Shown: positions 43,597-55,229, counted from the stretch's first letter. The stretch: 64,000 bases of DNA from an uncultured Chloroflexia bacterium (GCA_963759405.1 CAVWZA010000008.1:1722-65721), one strand, 5' to 3'. A program made the numbers and translations. The notes: a model not told the origin generated them from the sequence alone.

Positions 43597-46500
43597 TCAG
43601 GCGCCCTGCGCCGGCAGCGCCTGGAGGCGGCGGCGGGGGAGGGGGAGCCGGCCGATGGCCAGGATGGCTTCCAGCGCCTCCGGTGGGACGGCGCGGGAGA
43701 AGTGGAAGCCCTGGCCGAGCAGGCAGCCCCGCGCGCGCAGTGCCGAGCAGCTGTGCCTGCGTCTCGATGCCCTCCGCCACGACCTCGAGGCCCATGGTGG
43801 CTGCCATCTCCAGGATCGACTGCACCACGGCGCCCTCCTGCTCCTGGGTGATGCGGGACACGAAGCTGCGGTCGATCTTCACGATGTCGAACGGAAGGCG
43901 CCGCAGGCGGCTGAGCGACGAGTAGCCGGTGCCGAAGTCGTCGAGCGCCAGACGCACGCCGAGCTTGCGAAGCTGCCGCAGCTCGCGCGCCGCGGCCAGG
44001 CTGTCGTCGATGAGGGTGCTCTCCGTGATCTCGATGACGAGGGATGACGGGGCGAGGCCGCTCTCGCGCAGCGCGGCCTTCACGTCGCGCGCGACCGAGC
44101 CTCCTTCCAGCTGCGTTGCCGAGACGTTGACGGCGAGGTACAGCGGCGCGCCGGAAGGACCGATCCATTCGATCGCCCGGCGGCAGGATTCGCGCAGGAC
44201 GAAGCGGCTGATCGGCACGATGAGCCCGGTCTCCTCGGCAAGCGAGATGACCTCGGGCACCGGTTGGAACTGCCCGTCCGCGTCGCGCCAGCGGAGCAGC
44301 GCCTCGAAGCCGACCACGGTGCCCTCGCGCAGCTCGACGATCGGCTGGTAGTGGACCTCCAGCAGCTCGTTGGCGACCGCCCGCTCGAGCGCGGCCTTCA
44401 TATCGAGCCGGCGAACCACCTGCGCGTGCATCCGTTCCTCGAACAGCTCGTAACGCCCCTTGCCTCGCTGCTTGGCCACGTACATCGCGAGGTCGGCGTT
44501 GCGGAGCATCTCCTCCGGGGTCGAGGTCGGCGTGTCGAGGGCGATGCCGATGCTGGCGTGCATCTGGACCTGCTTGCCCTGGATCGTGAAGGGCCGATCG
44601 AAGGCGTCGAGCATTCGCCCCGCCACGGACTGCGGCGCCTCGGTTGCCGCGTTCTCGAGCAGGACGGCGAACTCGTCTCCACCCAGCCGCGCGGCCGTGT
44701 CGGCCGGCCGCAGGGTGCCGCCAAGACGGTGTCCGACGGCCACCAGCAGCTCGTCGCCGGCCCCGTGCCCCAGGCTGTCGTTGATCGTCTTGAAGTCGTC
44801 GAGATCCAGGAAGAGGACCGCCAGCGAAAAGTCGCGCAGCCCGCTGGCCCGATCGAGCGCGTGCTGGACCCGATCGGTGAAGAGCGCCCGGTTGGCGAGC
44901 CCGGTCAGCGAATCGTGCAGCGCCTGGTGGCGGAGCTGTGCCTCGAGCTCCTTGCGGGTCGTGATGTCGTCGATGAGGGCGTTGAAGCGGACCGTTCCGC
45001 CGCCCTGCGCCGCCCAGATCGTGAGCTCCATCGGGAATTGGTGGCCGTCGCGATGGATGGCCTCCAGCTCCATGCGTCGCGAGAGGATGCGTCCCTCGCC
45101 CGTCGCGGCGTACCGGCGCAGGCCCTCGCGGTGGGCCGCACGCTGGGCCTGCGGGACGATGAGCTCCGCCAGCTCGACGCCGATCGCCTCAGTGCGCGGC
45201 CATCCGAAGGTCCGCTCTGCCTGGTGGTTCCAGTCCTCGACGATCCCGTCGCTGTCGATGGCAACGAAGGCATAGCTCGCCGTCTCGATGATCATGCGCT
45301 GCTGCTCCTCGCTGGCGACCAGCGCCTCCTCCGAGAGCTTGGCGGCGGTGATGTCGACCAGCAGCCCCTGGAGCATGGGCTGCCCATCGGGCCCATCGGT
45401 CACCGTGGAGTCGTCGAGCACCCAGACGACCCGGCCGTCCCGGGTGACCAGGCGATATTCGAACCGCTTCGGCATTCCGGGCTCGGCTGCTGCCGCGTCC
45501 GCGACAAGCACCGCATCCCGGTCGTCGGGATGGATGCTCCGTGCCCAGAGCTCAGGGTCCGCCATCCATTCCTCGGGGGTGTAGCCCAGCATCGTCTCCA
45601 GCTGCGGGCTCACGAAGTGCCAGCGCCCGCTCGGTCCCGGCTCGGCCATGTACACGACGCCCGGCTGGCGTTCGACCAGCGATTGGTATTCGCCCTCGGC
45701 GGTCGAGAGCTTGCCGCCCAGCTCCATCTCGCGCCGAATCGCCGCCTCGCGATCGCTGAGCAGCACGCTCTGCCGGATCGCCACGGTGAGCAGCACGAGG
45801 CCGATCGCCACGATGTTGATGACGCCGACGACGCCGCCGAGCTGGCGGAGCACGTGGACGACCATGAGGAGCGCCGTGAGGGCGACGGCCCCCATCGGCA
45901 TCAGCGAGCGCAGCCGGGCCGCGAACCTGGCATAGCCCGGGTGATCATCCACGACGTCCGTCCAGGTGGCGGTGCCGAGCGCAACGCTGATGACGCCGAG
46001 GGCGATCAGGAGGTGGGCGGGGCCGATCGCCTCATGGCCGTTGATCGGCGCCGGGATGGCAGCTTCGGCAAGGAACCCTGCCCCAAGCAGGGCCATCCCC
46101 ACCAGGATCAGGTATGCCCCGCGCGGCGCGCGTTCCGCGCGCACGGTCAGGTCGAGCAGGAGCGTCGCGCCCGAGAGGCCGAGGAAGAAGATCGCGTGGG
46201 CGAGAAAGACGGCGTTCGCCACGCTCGCAGCCGCCGCCTCAGCCGAGGTCGTCAGGATCAGTGCAGCGGTCGCAAAGAAGATGATGGTGGCGTCCAGGTA
46301 GATCGTCAGCTCTTCGCTTCGCCCAAGCCGGCCCCTGAGGGCGGCCACGAAAGCCAGCCCGCCGCAGGCAAGGACGCCGATCGATGGCATGGTCGTGAGC
46401 ACGGGGCTCACGTCGAGGCCGGCCAGCAGCACGACATCCCGAACCAGCGCGCGCACGCAGCCACAATCCCAGCCCCAGCGTGATCCAGCCGCGGACGGCC

Positions 46501-46740
46501 CGAACGCGCCCGACCGAGCCACGCATGGACAGCACGGCGAGGACGAAGCCAAGCAGCGCCGCGAGGGTGAGCTCGGCGCGGACCACGGCGAGGGTTGCCG
46601 AGGGCGGGACGCTGACCGCCGCCAGCATGAGCACGCCGAGCACCACGAAGCTGGCGATGATCAGCGCGCGAGTTGTGGCCGAACGATCGCTGAACGCCGA
46701 CGGGACGAACCCGGCGCAGTGGGACGGTGTGGCCGCCCAT
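43597..46740 (-). pseudogene. Multi-TM sensor with PAS-PAS-GGDEF-EAL domains (c-di-GMP turnover); at least 3 frame breaks (about 46715, 46450 and 43727)
   Basis: ORF 43541..46552 carries 6-8 TM helices, two PAS domains, GGDEF (RLGGDEFAVLL) and EAL (FEALLRW...DDFGTGYSSL...KIDRSF). The canonical end CLLGQGFHFSRAVPPEAL...QGA* is in another frame (stop 43597-43599). Additional N-terminal TM helices are in the frame of ORF 46239..47963, and ATG 46740 is a tentative start. Confidence 0.88.
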
Positions 46741-46835
46741 TGAGCGTCGCGTACCTTAGCGAGTGGTGTTCTGAGCCTACGCAAGGGTCCGCGGCTGGGC
46801 CATGGCCCATCCGGCCTACTGCGTACAATCGGGCC

Positions 46836-48317
46836 GTGGTGGTGAGCACGCAGTACGAGACGGTCATCGGGATCGAGGTCCACGCGCAGCTGCGCACCGA
46901 TTCCAAGATGTTCTGCGCCTGCCCGACCGCCCCGGCCGAGGGAGCGGCTGACGAGCCAAACACGCGCGTCTGTCCCATCTGCCTCGGGATGCCGGGCACG
47001 CTGCCGGTCATCAACCGGCGCGCCGTCGAGCTCGTCATGCTGACCGGACTGGCGCTCGGCTGCCACGTCGAGACCGATGCGGTCCGCTTCGAGCGCAAGA
47101 ACTACTTCTATCCGGACCTGCCGAAGGGCTACCAGATCAGCCAGTACGCGCTGCCGCTGACCAGCAACGGCCGGCTGCTGGTGCCGGTGGCCGCGGAGGG
47201 CGGCGAGGTGACGATCGGGATCACCCGCGCCCACCTCGAGGAGGACACGGCGCGCATGCAGCACGCCGGTCGCGGGTACAGCGTGGTCGACTTCAACCGC
47301 GCGGGCGTGCCGTTGATGGAGATCGTCACCGAGCCCGACATCCGATCGCCGGCGCAGGCGCGCGCCTACGGCGAGACGTTGCGCGAGCTGCTGCGGGCCA
47401 TCGGCGCCAGCAACGCCGACATGGAGGCGGGCAGCATGCGGATCGAGGGCAACGTCAGCCTGCGGCCGATGGGCGCCACCAGCTTCGGCACGAAGGTCGA
47501 GGTCAAGAACCTGAACAGCTTCCGATCGCTCGAGCGAGCCATGGAGTTCGAGGTCGCGCGCCACGCCGAGGCGCTCGATCGGGGCGAGACGCTCGTCCAG
47601 GAGACGCGTGGCTGGGACGAGGACAACGGCCGCACGATCATCCAGCGCAGCAAGGAGGAGGCGAACGACTATCGCTACTTCCCGGAGCCGGATCTGCCGC
47701 CGCTCCGTCCGTCGGACGCGTGGGTCGCGGAGCTGCGCGGCCGCCTCCCCGAGCTGCCGGCGCAGCGCCGTACGCGGTACATCGACGCCCTGGGGCTCTC
47801 CGCCTACGACGCCGGCGTGCTGACGTCGGATGTCGCACTGGCGGCCTACTTCGACGCGGTGGTCGAGGCGGGGGTGGCTCCCAAGAGCGCGGCCAACTGG
47901 ATCACCGGCGAGTTCAGCCGGCTGCTGAACCAGCACGCCGCCGACGCGCTGCGCGCCGACCACGTGGCGCTCCGCCCGCAGGGGCTGGCGGAGCTCATCG
48001 GCGAAGTGGAGGCGGGAAGGGTCTCGTCCACCAATGCCAAGACGGTGCTGGCCGCCGCCTTCGAGAGCGGCCAGTCGCCGCGCGAGCTGATTGAGGCACA
48101 GGGCCTGGGACAGGTGTCCGACGCGAGTACCATCGGCAGCGAGATCGATAGCGTCCTGGCCGAGTTCCCGTCGCAGGTCGAGGAGTATCGGTCGGGGAAG
48201 GTTCAGCTGTTCGGATTCCTGGTGGGGCAGGTGATGAAGCGCACCGCGGGACGCGCAGACGCGCGGCTCGTCAACGAGGAGCTGCGGCGTCGCCTCGACG
48301 CGGCAAAGGGAGGTTGA
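46836..48317 (+). CDS. gatB: Asp/Glu-tRNA(Asn/Gln) amidotransferase subunit B
   Basis: [13 protein letters not shown]...[13 protein letters not shown]...[17 protein letters not shown]... and a C-terminal YqeY-like domain. Three consecutive in-frame GTG codons (46836, 46839, 46842) are start candidates. No frame break. Confidence 0.95.
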   Translation: MVVSTQYETVIGIEVHAQLRTDSKMFCACPTAPAEGAADEPNTRVCPICLGMPGTLPVINRRAVELVMLTGLALGCHVETDAVRFERKNYFYPDLPKGYQISQYALPLTSNGRLLVPVAAEGGEVTIGITRAHLEEDTARMQHAGRGYSVVDFNRAGVPLMEIVTEPDIRSPAQARAYGETLRELLRAIGASNADMEAGSMRIEGNVSLRPMGATSFGTKVEVKNLNSFRSLERAMEFEVARHAEALDRGETLVQETRGWDEDNGRTIIQRSKEEANDYRYFPEPDLPPLRPSDAWVAELRGRLPELPAQRRTRYIDALGLSAYDAGVLTSDVALAAYFDAVVEAGVAPKSAANWITGEFSRLLNQHAADALRADHVALRPQGLAELIGEVEAGRVSSTNAKTVLAAAFESGQSPRELIEAQGLGQVSDASTIGSEIDSVLAEFPSQVEEYRSGKVQLFGFLVGQVMKRTAGRADARLVNEELRRRLDAAKGG

Positions 48318-48320
48318 AGC

Positions 48321-48879
48321 ATGACCGACAAGCGAGCCATCGGTTCCCTCATCGCCACGGGCGCGCTGCTCGCGCTGCTCGCCACACCGGTGGCGGCCGG
48401 CGTGCTCGCGTGCTCGCTGCAGGCAACCGTCGACGGCGGGTCCGCGACCGTGGTGACCGTCGGCGAAGAAGTCCTCATCGAGGGATTCGGCTTCTTCCCG
48501 GGCGATGTCCTCGTCGAATACTCCGTTGACGCCACGCCGCTCTCATCGGTGACCGTCACGGCCGATGCCACCGGGGCGTTCACGACGACCATCACGCCTG
48601 CGGCCGGCGAAGAGGGCATGTGGACCGTCGAGGCGACCGATTCCTCCAAGGGCCAGTGCACGGACACCACCGGCTTCGAGGTGGTTGGCGTGCCCGCCAC
48701 TCCCACGCCGACGCCAACGCCTCCTCCCACACCGACGCCCGTTCCCCCGGCGGCTGAGCTGCCCAACGTGGCCGACAGCACCGCCATCGCCGGTGTTCCC
48801 GCTCTGGGTCCTGGGCGCGGCGGTCCTGGGGCTGGCGGCCGTCACCCTGCGGCAGGCGCTGAAGCGGCGCCGTGCCTGA
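48321..48879 (+). pseudogene. Small secreted/surface protein with a PT-rich linker and a C-terminal TM anchor plus basic tail; frame break near 48795
   Basis: Signal peptide MTDKRAIGSLIATGALLALLATPVAAG, an Ig-like beta-rich domain and the linker PATPTPTPTPPPTPTPVPP. Then AAELPNVADSTAIAG, followed in the frame of ORF 48565..48879 by FPLWVLGAAVLGLAAVTLRQALKRRRA*. Confidence 0.6.
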
Positions 48880-48933
48880 CCTGGTGGCACGCGACGTGCG
48901 AAGCGCCAGGCTGAACGAAGCACGAGGAGTCCG

Positions 48934-49993
48934 ATGCGCATCGCGCAGGTGGCGCCGCTCATCGAGAGCGTGCCGCCAGAGGGGTACGGCGGCACCGAGG
49001 CCGTCGTCTCCTACCTGACCGAGGAGCTCGTTCGCCAGGGCCACGACGTCACCCTGTTCGCCAGCGGTGACTCGAAGACCTCGGCGGAGCTGGTCCCGTG
49101 CGCTCCCAGCGCCCTGCGGCTTGATGACGGCGTCATCGATCCGCTGGCGCACCAGGTCGTCGAGCTGGAGGCGGTGGCGGCCCAGGCCCACCGCTTCGAC
49201 GTGATTCACTGGCACCTCGACTACTTCCACTTCCCGCTGTCGCGGCGGCTCGGCGTGCCCCATGCCACGACCCTCCACGGCCGCCTCGACATCCCGGACC
49301 TCCAGCCGGTCTACACCGAGTTCAGCGAGATGCCGGTCGTCTCGATCTCGAACGACCAGCGATCGCCGCTGCCGCAGGCGAACTGGGTCGCGACCATCCA
49401 CCACGGCCTGCCGCCCGACGTGCTCGAGCCGCGCTTCGAGGCCGGCGAGTACCTCGCCTTCCTCGGGCGCATCTCGCCGGAGAAGCGCGCCGACCGTGCC
49501 ATCGAGATCGCGCGCCGGACCGGGCTCGACCTGCTCGATCGCCGCCAAGGTGGACGACGCCGATCGCGAGTACTACGAGCGCGAGATCGAGCCGCTGCTG
49601 GGGGCCGTGCACGTGGAGTTCATCGGCGAGATCGGTCCCGACGAGAAGGCCGACTTCCTTGGCCGCGCCAGCGCGCTGCTCTTCCCGATCGACTGGTCGG
49701 AGCCGTTCGGGCTGGTGATGATCGAGTCGATGGCGTGCGGAACGCCGGTCGTCGCCTACCGCACCGGCTCGGTGCCGGAGGTCATCACCGACGGGGTCAA
49801 CGGCTTCGTGGTCGACGACCTCGACGGCGCCGTCGACGCCGTGCAGCGACTGGGCGAGCTCGATCGGCATGCGGTGCGCCAATCCTTCGAGGATCGGTTC
49901 ACGGTGGACCGAATGGCGCGCGACTACATCGCCCTGTTCGAGCACCTCGTGGCCAGTCGGTGGCGCGATCGGATCAGGTCGCGCTGCCGGTGA
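48934..49993 (+). pseudogene. GT4-family glycosyltransferase; frame break near 49535
   Basis: MRIAQVAPLIESVPPEGYGGTEAVVSYLTEELVRQGHDVTLFASG; C-terminus ...FPIDWSEPFGLVMIESMACGTPVVA...GSVPEVI (EX7E region) in ORF 49262..49993. Confidence 0.85.
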
Positions 49994-50044
49994 TGGCCGA
50001 TCAGGCCAGCGTGTAGGCTGGGCGCGACCGCAGCCTGGAGGCCG

Positions 50045-52246
50045 ATGGCGACCCAACCAGACGAGCTCGTGTCACCGCCCGAAGATCCACGCACCGTCGT
50101 CGAGATCGAGGGCCGCTATTACATCCTCGCGACCAGCTCGCCGGCGGACGAGAACGCCGGCGTCCTGAAGCACGGCGACTCCTTCGCCGTCTTCGACCGG
50201 TTCGGGGACATCCGGCCGATCGGCCTGGGCGAGGAGGGGCTCTACCACCGCGGCACGCGATTCCTGTCCGCCCTTGGCCTCCGCATCGCGGGGGAGCGCC
50301 CGCTGCTGCTGGGCTCGACGGCCCGCGGCGACAACTCACGACTGGCGATCGACCTCACCAACCCCGACGTGATGGTCGGCGACCGCATGCTGCGGACGAG
50401 CACGATCCACGTCTCGCGCACGAAGGTGCTGTGGGCGGCCGCCTGCCATGAGCGCATCGAGCTGCGGAACTTCGGCGAGGAGCCGGTGACCCTGCCGGTC
50501 TCACTGCGCTTCGCCGCCGACTACGTCGACCTGTTCGAGGTGCGCGGCATGCGACGCGCTCGGCGCGGGTCGCTTCGAGCGCCGCGGATCAACAAGGGTT
50601 CCGCGCTCCTCGGCTACGACGGGCTCGACGGCCTGCGCCGCCACACGCGGATCACGTTCACGCCGGCGCCCGCGGAGCTCGACGCGCGCGAGGCCACGTA
50701 CCTCGTCGAGCTGGAGCCGGGGCGCTCGGCGACGATCGAGTTCCGCGTGGCGTGCGAGTTCGAGCGCCCCGCGCGCCCGACGGACTACGCCACCGCGCTG
50801 GACCTGTCGGGCCGCGAGCTCGGCGGGCGGATCTCACGCTCGGCCCGCATCACCAGCTCGAGCGACGACTTCAACGACTGGGTCGGCCGCAGCCTGTCCG
50901 ACGTGGTGATGATGACCAGCGAGACGGCCCACGGCCCCTATCCCTACGCCGGGATCCCGTGGTTCAGCACCGTCTTCGGCCGCGACGGGCTGATCACCGC
51001 GCTCCAGCTGCTGTGGGTCCAGCCGGCGCTCGCCCGCGGCGTGCTGGGCTACCTCGCCGCGAACCAGGCGACGGTGGACGAGCCCGAGCGCGACGCGCAG
51101 CCCGGCAAGATCCTGCACGAGGTGCGTCACGGCGAGATGGCCGCGCGGATGGAGGTGCCGTTCGCGCGCTACTACGGCAGCCACGATGCGACGCCACTCT
51201 TCGTCATCCTGGCCGATGCCTATTACCGGCAGACGGCGGATCGGGCCTTCATCGAGCAGCTGTGGCCGAACGTCGAGCGCGCGCTGGCCTGGATCGACGG
51301 TCCGGCCGACCCCGATGGCGACGGCTTCATCGAGTACGCGCGACGCAGCCCCACCGGGCTTGCGCACCAGGGCTGGAAGGACTCGAACGACGCGGTCTTC
51401 CACGCCGACGGCGTCCTGGCCGAGGGCCCGATCGCGCTGTGCGAGCTCCAGGCCTACGTCTACGCCGCCCGCCTGGGCGCCGCCAACCTCGCCGATGCCC
51501 TCGGCCACGACGGCCGCGCATCCGAGCTGCGGACCCAGGCCCTCACGCTCCGCGAGCGCTTCGAGGAGGCCTTCTGGGTCGAGGAGCTCGGCACCTACGG
51601 CATCGCGCTCGACGGCGACAAGCGGCTCTGCCGCGTCCGGACCTCGAACCCCGGACATTGCCTCTTCGGCGGCATCGTGAGCCCGGAGCGCGCCGCGCTG
51701 GTGGCGGACGAGCTGCTGAGCGATGCGATGTTCTCCGGCTGGGGCGTCCGCACGCTGGCCGCGGGCGAGCCCCGATACAACCCGATGTCCTATCACGACG
51801 GCTCCATCTGGCCGCACGACAACGCGATCACCGCCCTCGGGCTGGGACGCGCCGGATTCCACGACCACGCCGCGCGCGTGCTCGGCGGGCTGTTCGAGGC
51901 GAGCCGTCACTTCGAGCTGGCGCGGCTGCCCGAGCTGTTCTGCGGCTTCAGCCGCCGCCCGGGGGAGGGGCCGACGCGCTACCCGGTCGCCTGCTCACCG
52001 CAGGCATGGGCGGCCGGCGCGGTGTTCATGCTGCTCCAGGCCTGCCTCGGGATGGAGGTCGACGCCTCCGCCCGGTTGCTGCGCTTCGACCACGCCAGCC
52101 TGCCGGCCTTCCTCGATCACCTGCGGATCGACAACCTTGCCGTGGGCGATGCGACCGTGAACCTCCACATCGAGCGCCAGCGGCTCGGAGTCCGGGTCGA
52201 CGTCATCCGCCGCGAGGGAGTGGTGGAGGTCAGGGCGGTCAGGTGA
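50045..52246 (+). CDS. Amylo-alpha-1,6-glucosidase / glycogen-debranching-enzyme-like protein (GDE N-terminal plus GDE_C domains)
   Basis: Intact 733-aa ORF. ...PYAGIPWFSTVFGRDGLITALQ...GKILHE...YGSHDATPLF...GLAHQGWKDS... Confidence 0.88.
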   Translation: MATQPDELVSPPEDPRTVVEIEGRYYILATSSPADENAGVLKHGDSFAVFDRFGDIRPIGLGEEGLYHRGTRFLSALGLRIAGERPLLLGSTARGDNSRLAIDLTNPDVMVGDRMLRTSTIHVSRTKVLWAAACHERIELRNFGEEPVTLPVSLRFAADYVDLFEVRGMRRARRGSLRAPRINKGSALLGYDGLDGLRRHTRITFTPAPAELDAREATYLVELEPGRSATIEFRVACEFERPARPTDYATALDLSGRELGGRISRSARITSSSDDFNDWVGRSLSDVVMMTSETAHGPYPYAGIPWFSTVFGRDGLITALQLLWVQPALARGVLGYLAANQATVDEPERDAQPGKILHEVRHGEMAARMEVPFARYYGSHDATPLFVILADAYYRQTADRAFIEQLWPNVERALAWIDGPADPDGDGFIEYARRSPTGLAHQGWKDSNDAVFHADGVLAEGPIALCELQAYVYAARLGAANLADALGHDGRASELRTQALTLRERFEEAFWVEELGTYGIALDGDKRLCRVRTSNPGHCLFGGIVSPERAALVADELLSDAMFSGWGVRTLAAGEPRYNPMSYHDGSIWPHDNAITALGLGRAGFHDHAARVLGGLFEASRHFELARLPELFCGFSRRPGEGPTRYPVACSPQAWAAGAVFMLLQACLGMEVDASARLLRFDHASLPAFLDHLRIDNLAVGDATVNLHIERQRLGVRVDVIRREGVVEVRAVR

Positions 52247-53037
52247 GCGCCGACGACCGCGATGCCGACTCCCTGCTGCGCTTCGCGCATGCCGTGCTGG
52301 ACGAGACCGATGCGATCGCGCTCGGCCACGTCGCGGGCGGGCTGACCGTCAGCGCAAAGCCGGACCGCACGCTGGTCACGCAGGCCGACACCGAGATCGA
52401 GACCCATCTGCGCGATCGGATCGCCGATGCGTTCCCGTCGCACACCATCGCCGGCGAGGAGTTCGGCACCGACGCGGACGCCGGCGACGGCCGCTGGATC
52501 ATGGATCCCATCGATGCGACCCACAACGTCGTGCGCGGCATCGAGGTCTTCGCCACCCTGCTCGCCTTCGAGCGCGACGGCGAGCTCCTGGTCGGCGTCG
52601 TCTCGGCGCCGGCCATGCACCGCCGCTGGTGGGCGACCCGGGGCGGGGGAGCGGCCGTCCGCGTCGACGGCGCCGAGCGCCCGATCCACGTCTCGCCGGT
52701 CGACGCGCTGGCCAACGCCCAGATCACGTTCTCGACGCTCCGCGGACTGGACGCGGCCGGCCTCGGCGACGGGCTCAGGCGCCTGACCTCCGCGTCCTGG
52801 CGCGATCGCGGCTTCGGCGACTTCTGGGGCCACATGCTGGTGGCCCAGGGCTCGGCGGAGGCGATGCTCGAGTACGGCGTCAAGCCGTGGGACATGGCCG
52901 CGCCGCATCTCATCGTGACCGAGGCGGGCGGCCGGATGACCGATCTGGAGGGCCGCCCGTCATGGTCCGGCCCGCAGGCGGTCTCGACGAACGGGCTGCT
53001 GCACGACCAGGTGCTGGCGCTGCTGGAGACACCGTGA
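52243..53037 (+). CDS. Inositol monophosphatase family protein (IMPase/HisN-like)
   Basis: GTG 52243 overlaps the previous stop (GTGA). ...IAGEEFG...WIMDPIDATHNVVRG (DPIDGT-type motif)...WDMAAPHLIVTEAGG. Confidence 0.85.
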   Translation: MSADDRDADSLLRFAHAVLDETDAIALGHVAGGLTVSAKPDRTLVTQADTEIETHLRDRIADAFPSHTIAGEEFGTDADAGDGRWIMDPIDATHNVVRGIEVFATLLAFERDGELLVGVVSAPAMHRRWWATRGGGAAVRVDGAERPIHVSPVDALANAQITFSTLRGLDAAGLGDGLRRLTSASWRDRGFGDFWGHMLVAQGSAEAMLEYGVKPWDMAAPHLIVTEAGGRMTDLEGRPSWSGPQAVSTNGLLHDQVLALLETP

Positions 53038-54579
53038 GCCTCGACGCAGGGGCGACCGCGCGGACGCACCGAGCGACCGATATCGGCCTCGCTGCCCTCG
53101 GCATGGTGCTCGCCGCCATCACCAGCCTGGCGGTCACCCTGCCGGTGGTGCCGGCCATCGTCAACGAGCGGCTGGACGTCGCGATCATCACCGCCGCGAC
53201 CCTCGTCTCGGTCGCGGTGGCGGCGCTCAACTGGGCCCGCGGTCGCGTGGCGGGGGACGGGGCGGCCCTCTTCCGCGGATCGGCCTTCGCGGTGCTCGCC
53301 GTCCTGAACGGGCTCATCCTCGTCGCCCAGGTGGCAGGTGTCGATTCAGCCTTCGGCATGTCACTCGACGACCCCGGCCAGCTGCCGCTGCTTGCGTCCG
53401 TGCTCGGCCGCGGTACGGCCGCCGCGCTGCTCGTCGGCGCCGGGATCGTGGCCCTGCGCCCGACCCCGGACGTCGCCTGGAGGCCGGCGCTGCTCCTCGT
53501 CGTCCCGGCCGCGACGGTGGCGCTCATGATCGTGCTGGCGGCTCGGATCCAGGATGGCCTCCCGATGCTGGTGGACGCGTCCACCCTGGCCGAGATCGCC
53601 CGCCACCCGGCGGCTGTCCTGCCGACCGGCTCGGCCTGGTCGCTGGTCGTCGCCCAGCTGCTCGTCGGGTTCGGCTTTGCCATCGCCGCGGTGCTGGCGC
53701 ATCGGTCGTGGCGGCGCAACGGCCGCGTCGGCGAGGCGCTGCTGGCGGCCGGGCTGATGATCGCCGCATTCAGCCAGGTCAGCAGCGCCATCCACCCGGG
53801 CAGCTACACGTCGGTGGTGACGACGGGCGACCTGATGCGGCTCGCCTTCTACGTGGTGCTGCTCGATCGGGTTCGTGTTCGACAGCCGCGACGACCTGCG
53901 GGCACTGCGCGAGGCGAACATCGAGCTGCGCCGCCTCGGCGATGCGGAGCTGGCCAGCGCCGCGCTCGAGGAGCGGGCGCGGCTGGCGCGCGAGATCCAC
54001 GACGGACTGGCGCAGGACCTGTGGTTCGCCAAGCTCAAGCACAGCCGGCTGGCGCAGATCGCCGGCTTCGCGCCGGAGGCGAAGCAGCTGAGCGACGAGG
54101 TCGAGGGCGCCATCGACAACGCGCTGGCGGAGGCGCGCCAGGCGGTGGCGGCCATGCGCCAGAGCTCCGAGACGGGGCCGCTGGTCGACATGCTGGCGCG
54201 CCACGTGGACGACTTCGCGGATCGCTTCGCGCTGCGCGCGGAGCTGAAGATCCACGGACCGGTGCCGGAGATCGGGGCCCGGGCCCAGGCGGAGCTGCTG
54301 CGCATCGTCCAGGAGGCGATGACCAATGTCCGCAAGCACGCCGACGCCACGGTCGTGCGCGTGGACGTGACGAGCAACGGGGAGCTGCTGGTGACCGTGA
54401 CCGACAATGGGCGCGGATTCCGGCCGGAGAACATCTCGTCCGGCTTCGGGCTGGAGAGCATGCGACAGCGCGCTGCCATCATCGGCGCACGGCTGACCGT
54501 CACGTCCGAGCCGCAGAATGGGACCCGCGTGGAGCTGGCCATGCCGATCAGGGGAAGGGAGGGAACCGATGGAAGCTGA
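53034..54579 (+). pseudogene. Multi-TM sensor histidine kinase, NarX/LiaS type (HisKA_3 plus HATPase_c); frame break near 53865
   Basis: GTGA overlap with the IMPase gene. About 8 TM helices in the frame of ORF 52629..54761. ERARLAREIHDGLAQDL (H-box), QEAMTNVRKHA (N-box), DNGRGF and GFGLESMRQRA are in ORF 53875..54579. Confidence 0.9.
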
Positions 54580-55220
54580 GGCGCCGCTGCGCGTCCTGCT
54601 GGTGGACGACCACGCGCTGGTCCGATCCGCCATCCGCCAGGCGCTGCAGGCTCCCGACATCGAGGTGGTCGGCGAGGCGGCCAACGCCGAGGATGCGCTC
54701 GAGATGGCGCCCTCGCTGCGGCCGGACCTGCTGCTGCTCGACATCGACCTGCCCGGCCTGAGCGGCATCGAGGCCGTCCGCGAGCTGGCGCCGCGGCTGC
54801 CCGACACGAAGATCGTGATGCTGACCGTCTCCACCGATCGGCGCGACCTGCTCGCCGCGGTGCGCCACGGCGCCTACGGCTACCTGACCAAGGACCTCAG
54901 CGGCGAGGCGCTGCTGCGCGCCGTGCGCGGCATCCGCCACGGGCGACCTGCCCATGTCGCGCGCGCATGCCGCCACGGTGCTGGAGCACCTTCAGCGCAG
55001 CGCCCGCGGCGGGCCGCCGGACGGCGACGAGGTGGATCAGCTGCTCAGCGCGCGCGAGAGCGAGGTCCTGCGGCTGCTGGCCGAGGGGCTGACCGATCGG
55101 GAGATCGCCGGCGCGCTGGCCATCTCACCGCGCACGGTGGAGAGCCACGTCAGCAGCCTGCTGCGCAAGCTGGGAGTCCGCAACCGCGCGGAGGCGGCGC
55201 AGCGCTATCGGACCGGCTGA
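54569..55220 (+). pseudogene. NarL/FixJ-family response regulator (REC plus LuxR HTH); frame break near 54943
   Basis: ATG 54569 with SD GGAAGGGAGGG. VLLVDDHALVR...LLLLDIDLPGLSG...[53 protein letters not shown] in ORF 54954..55220. Confidence 0.9.
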
Positions 55221-55229
55221 AGCCGGAGG

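Noticed and set aside
50752-53037. 761-aa ORF in an alternative frame of the debranching-enzyme-like gene
   Set aside because: Only its last 264 codons (from GTG 52243) give a recognisable IMPase-family protein. The upstream part is Arg/Pro-rich and overlaps the intact 733-aa GDE-like ORF. The same applies to 30203..32320, where only the MFS part from 31145 is real, and to 29826..31133, where only the DUF1684 part from 30312 is real.
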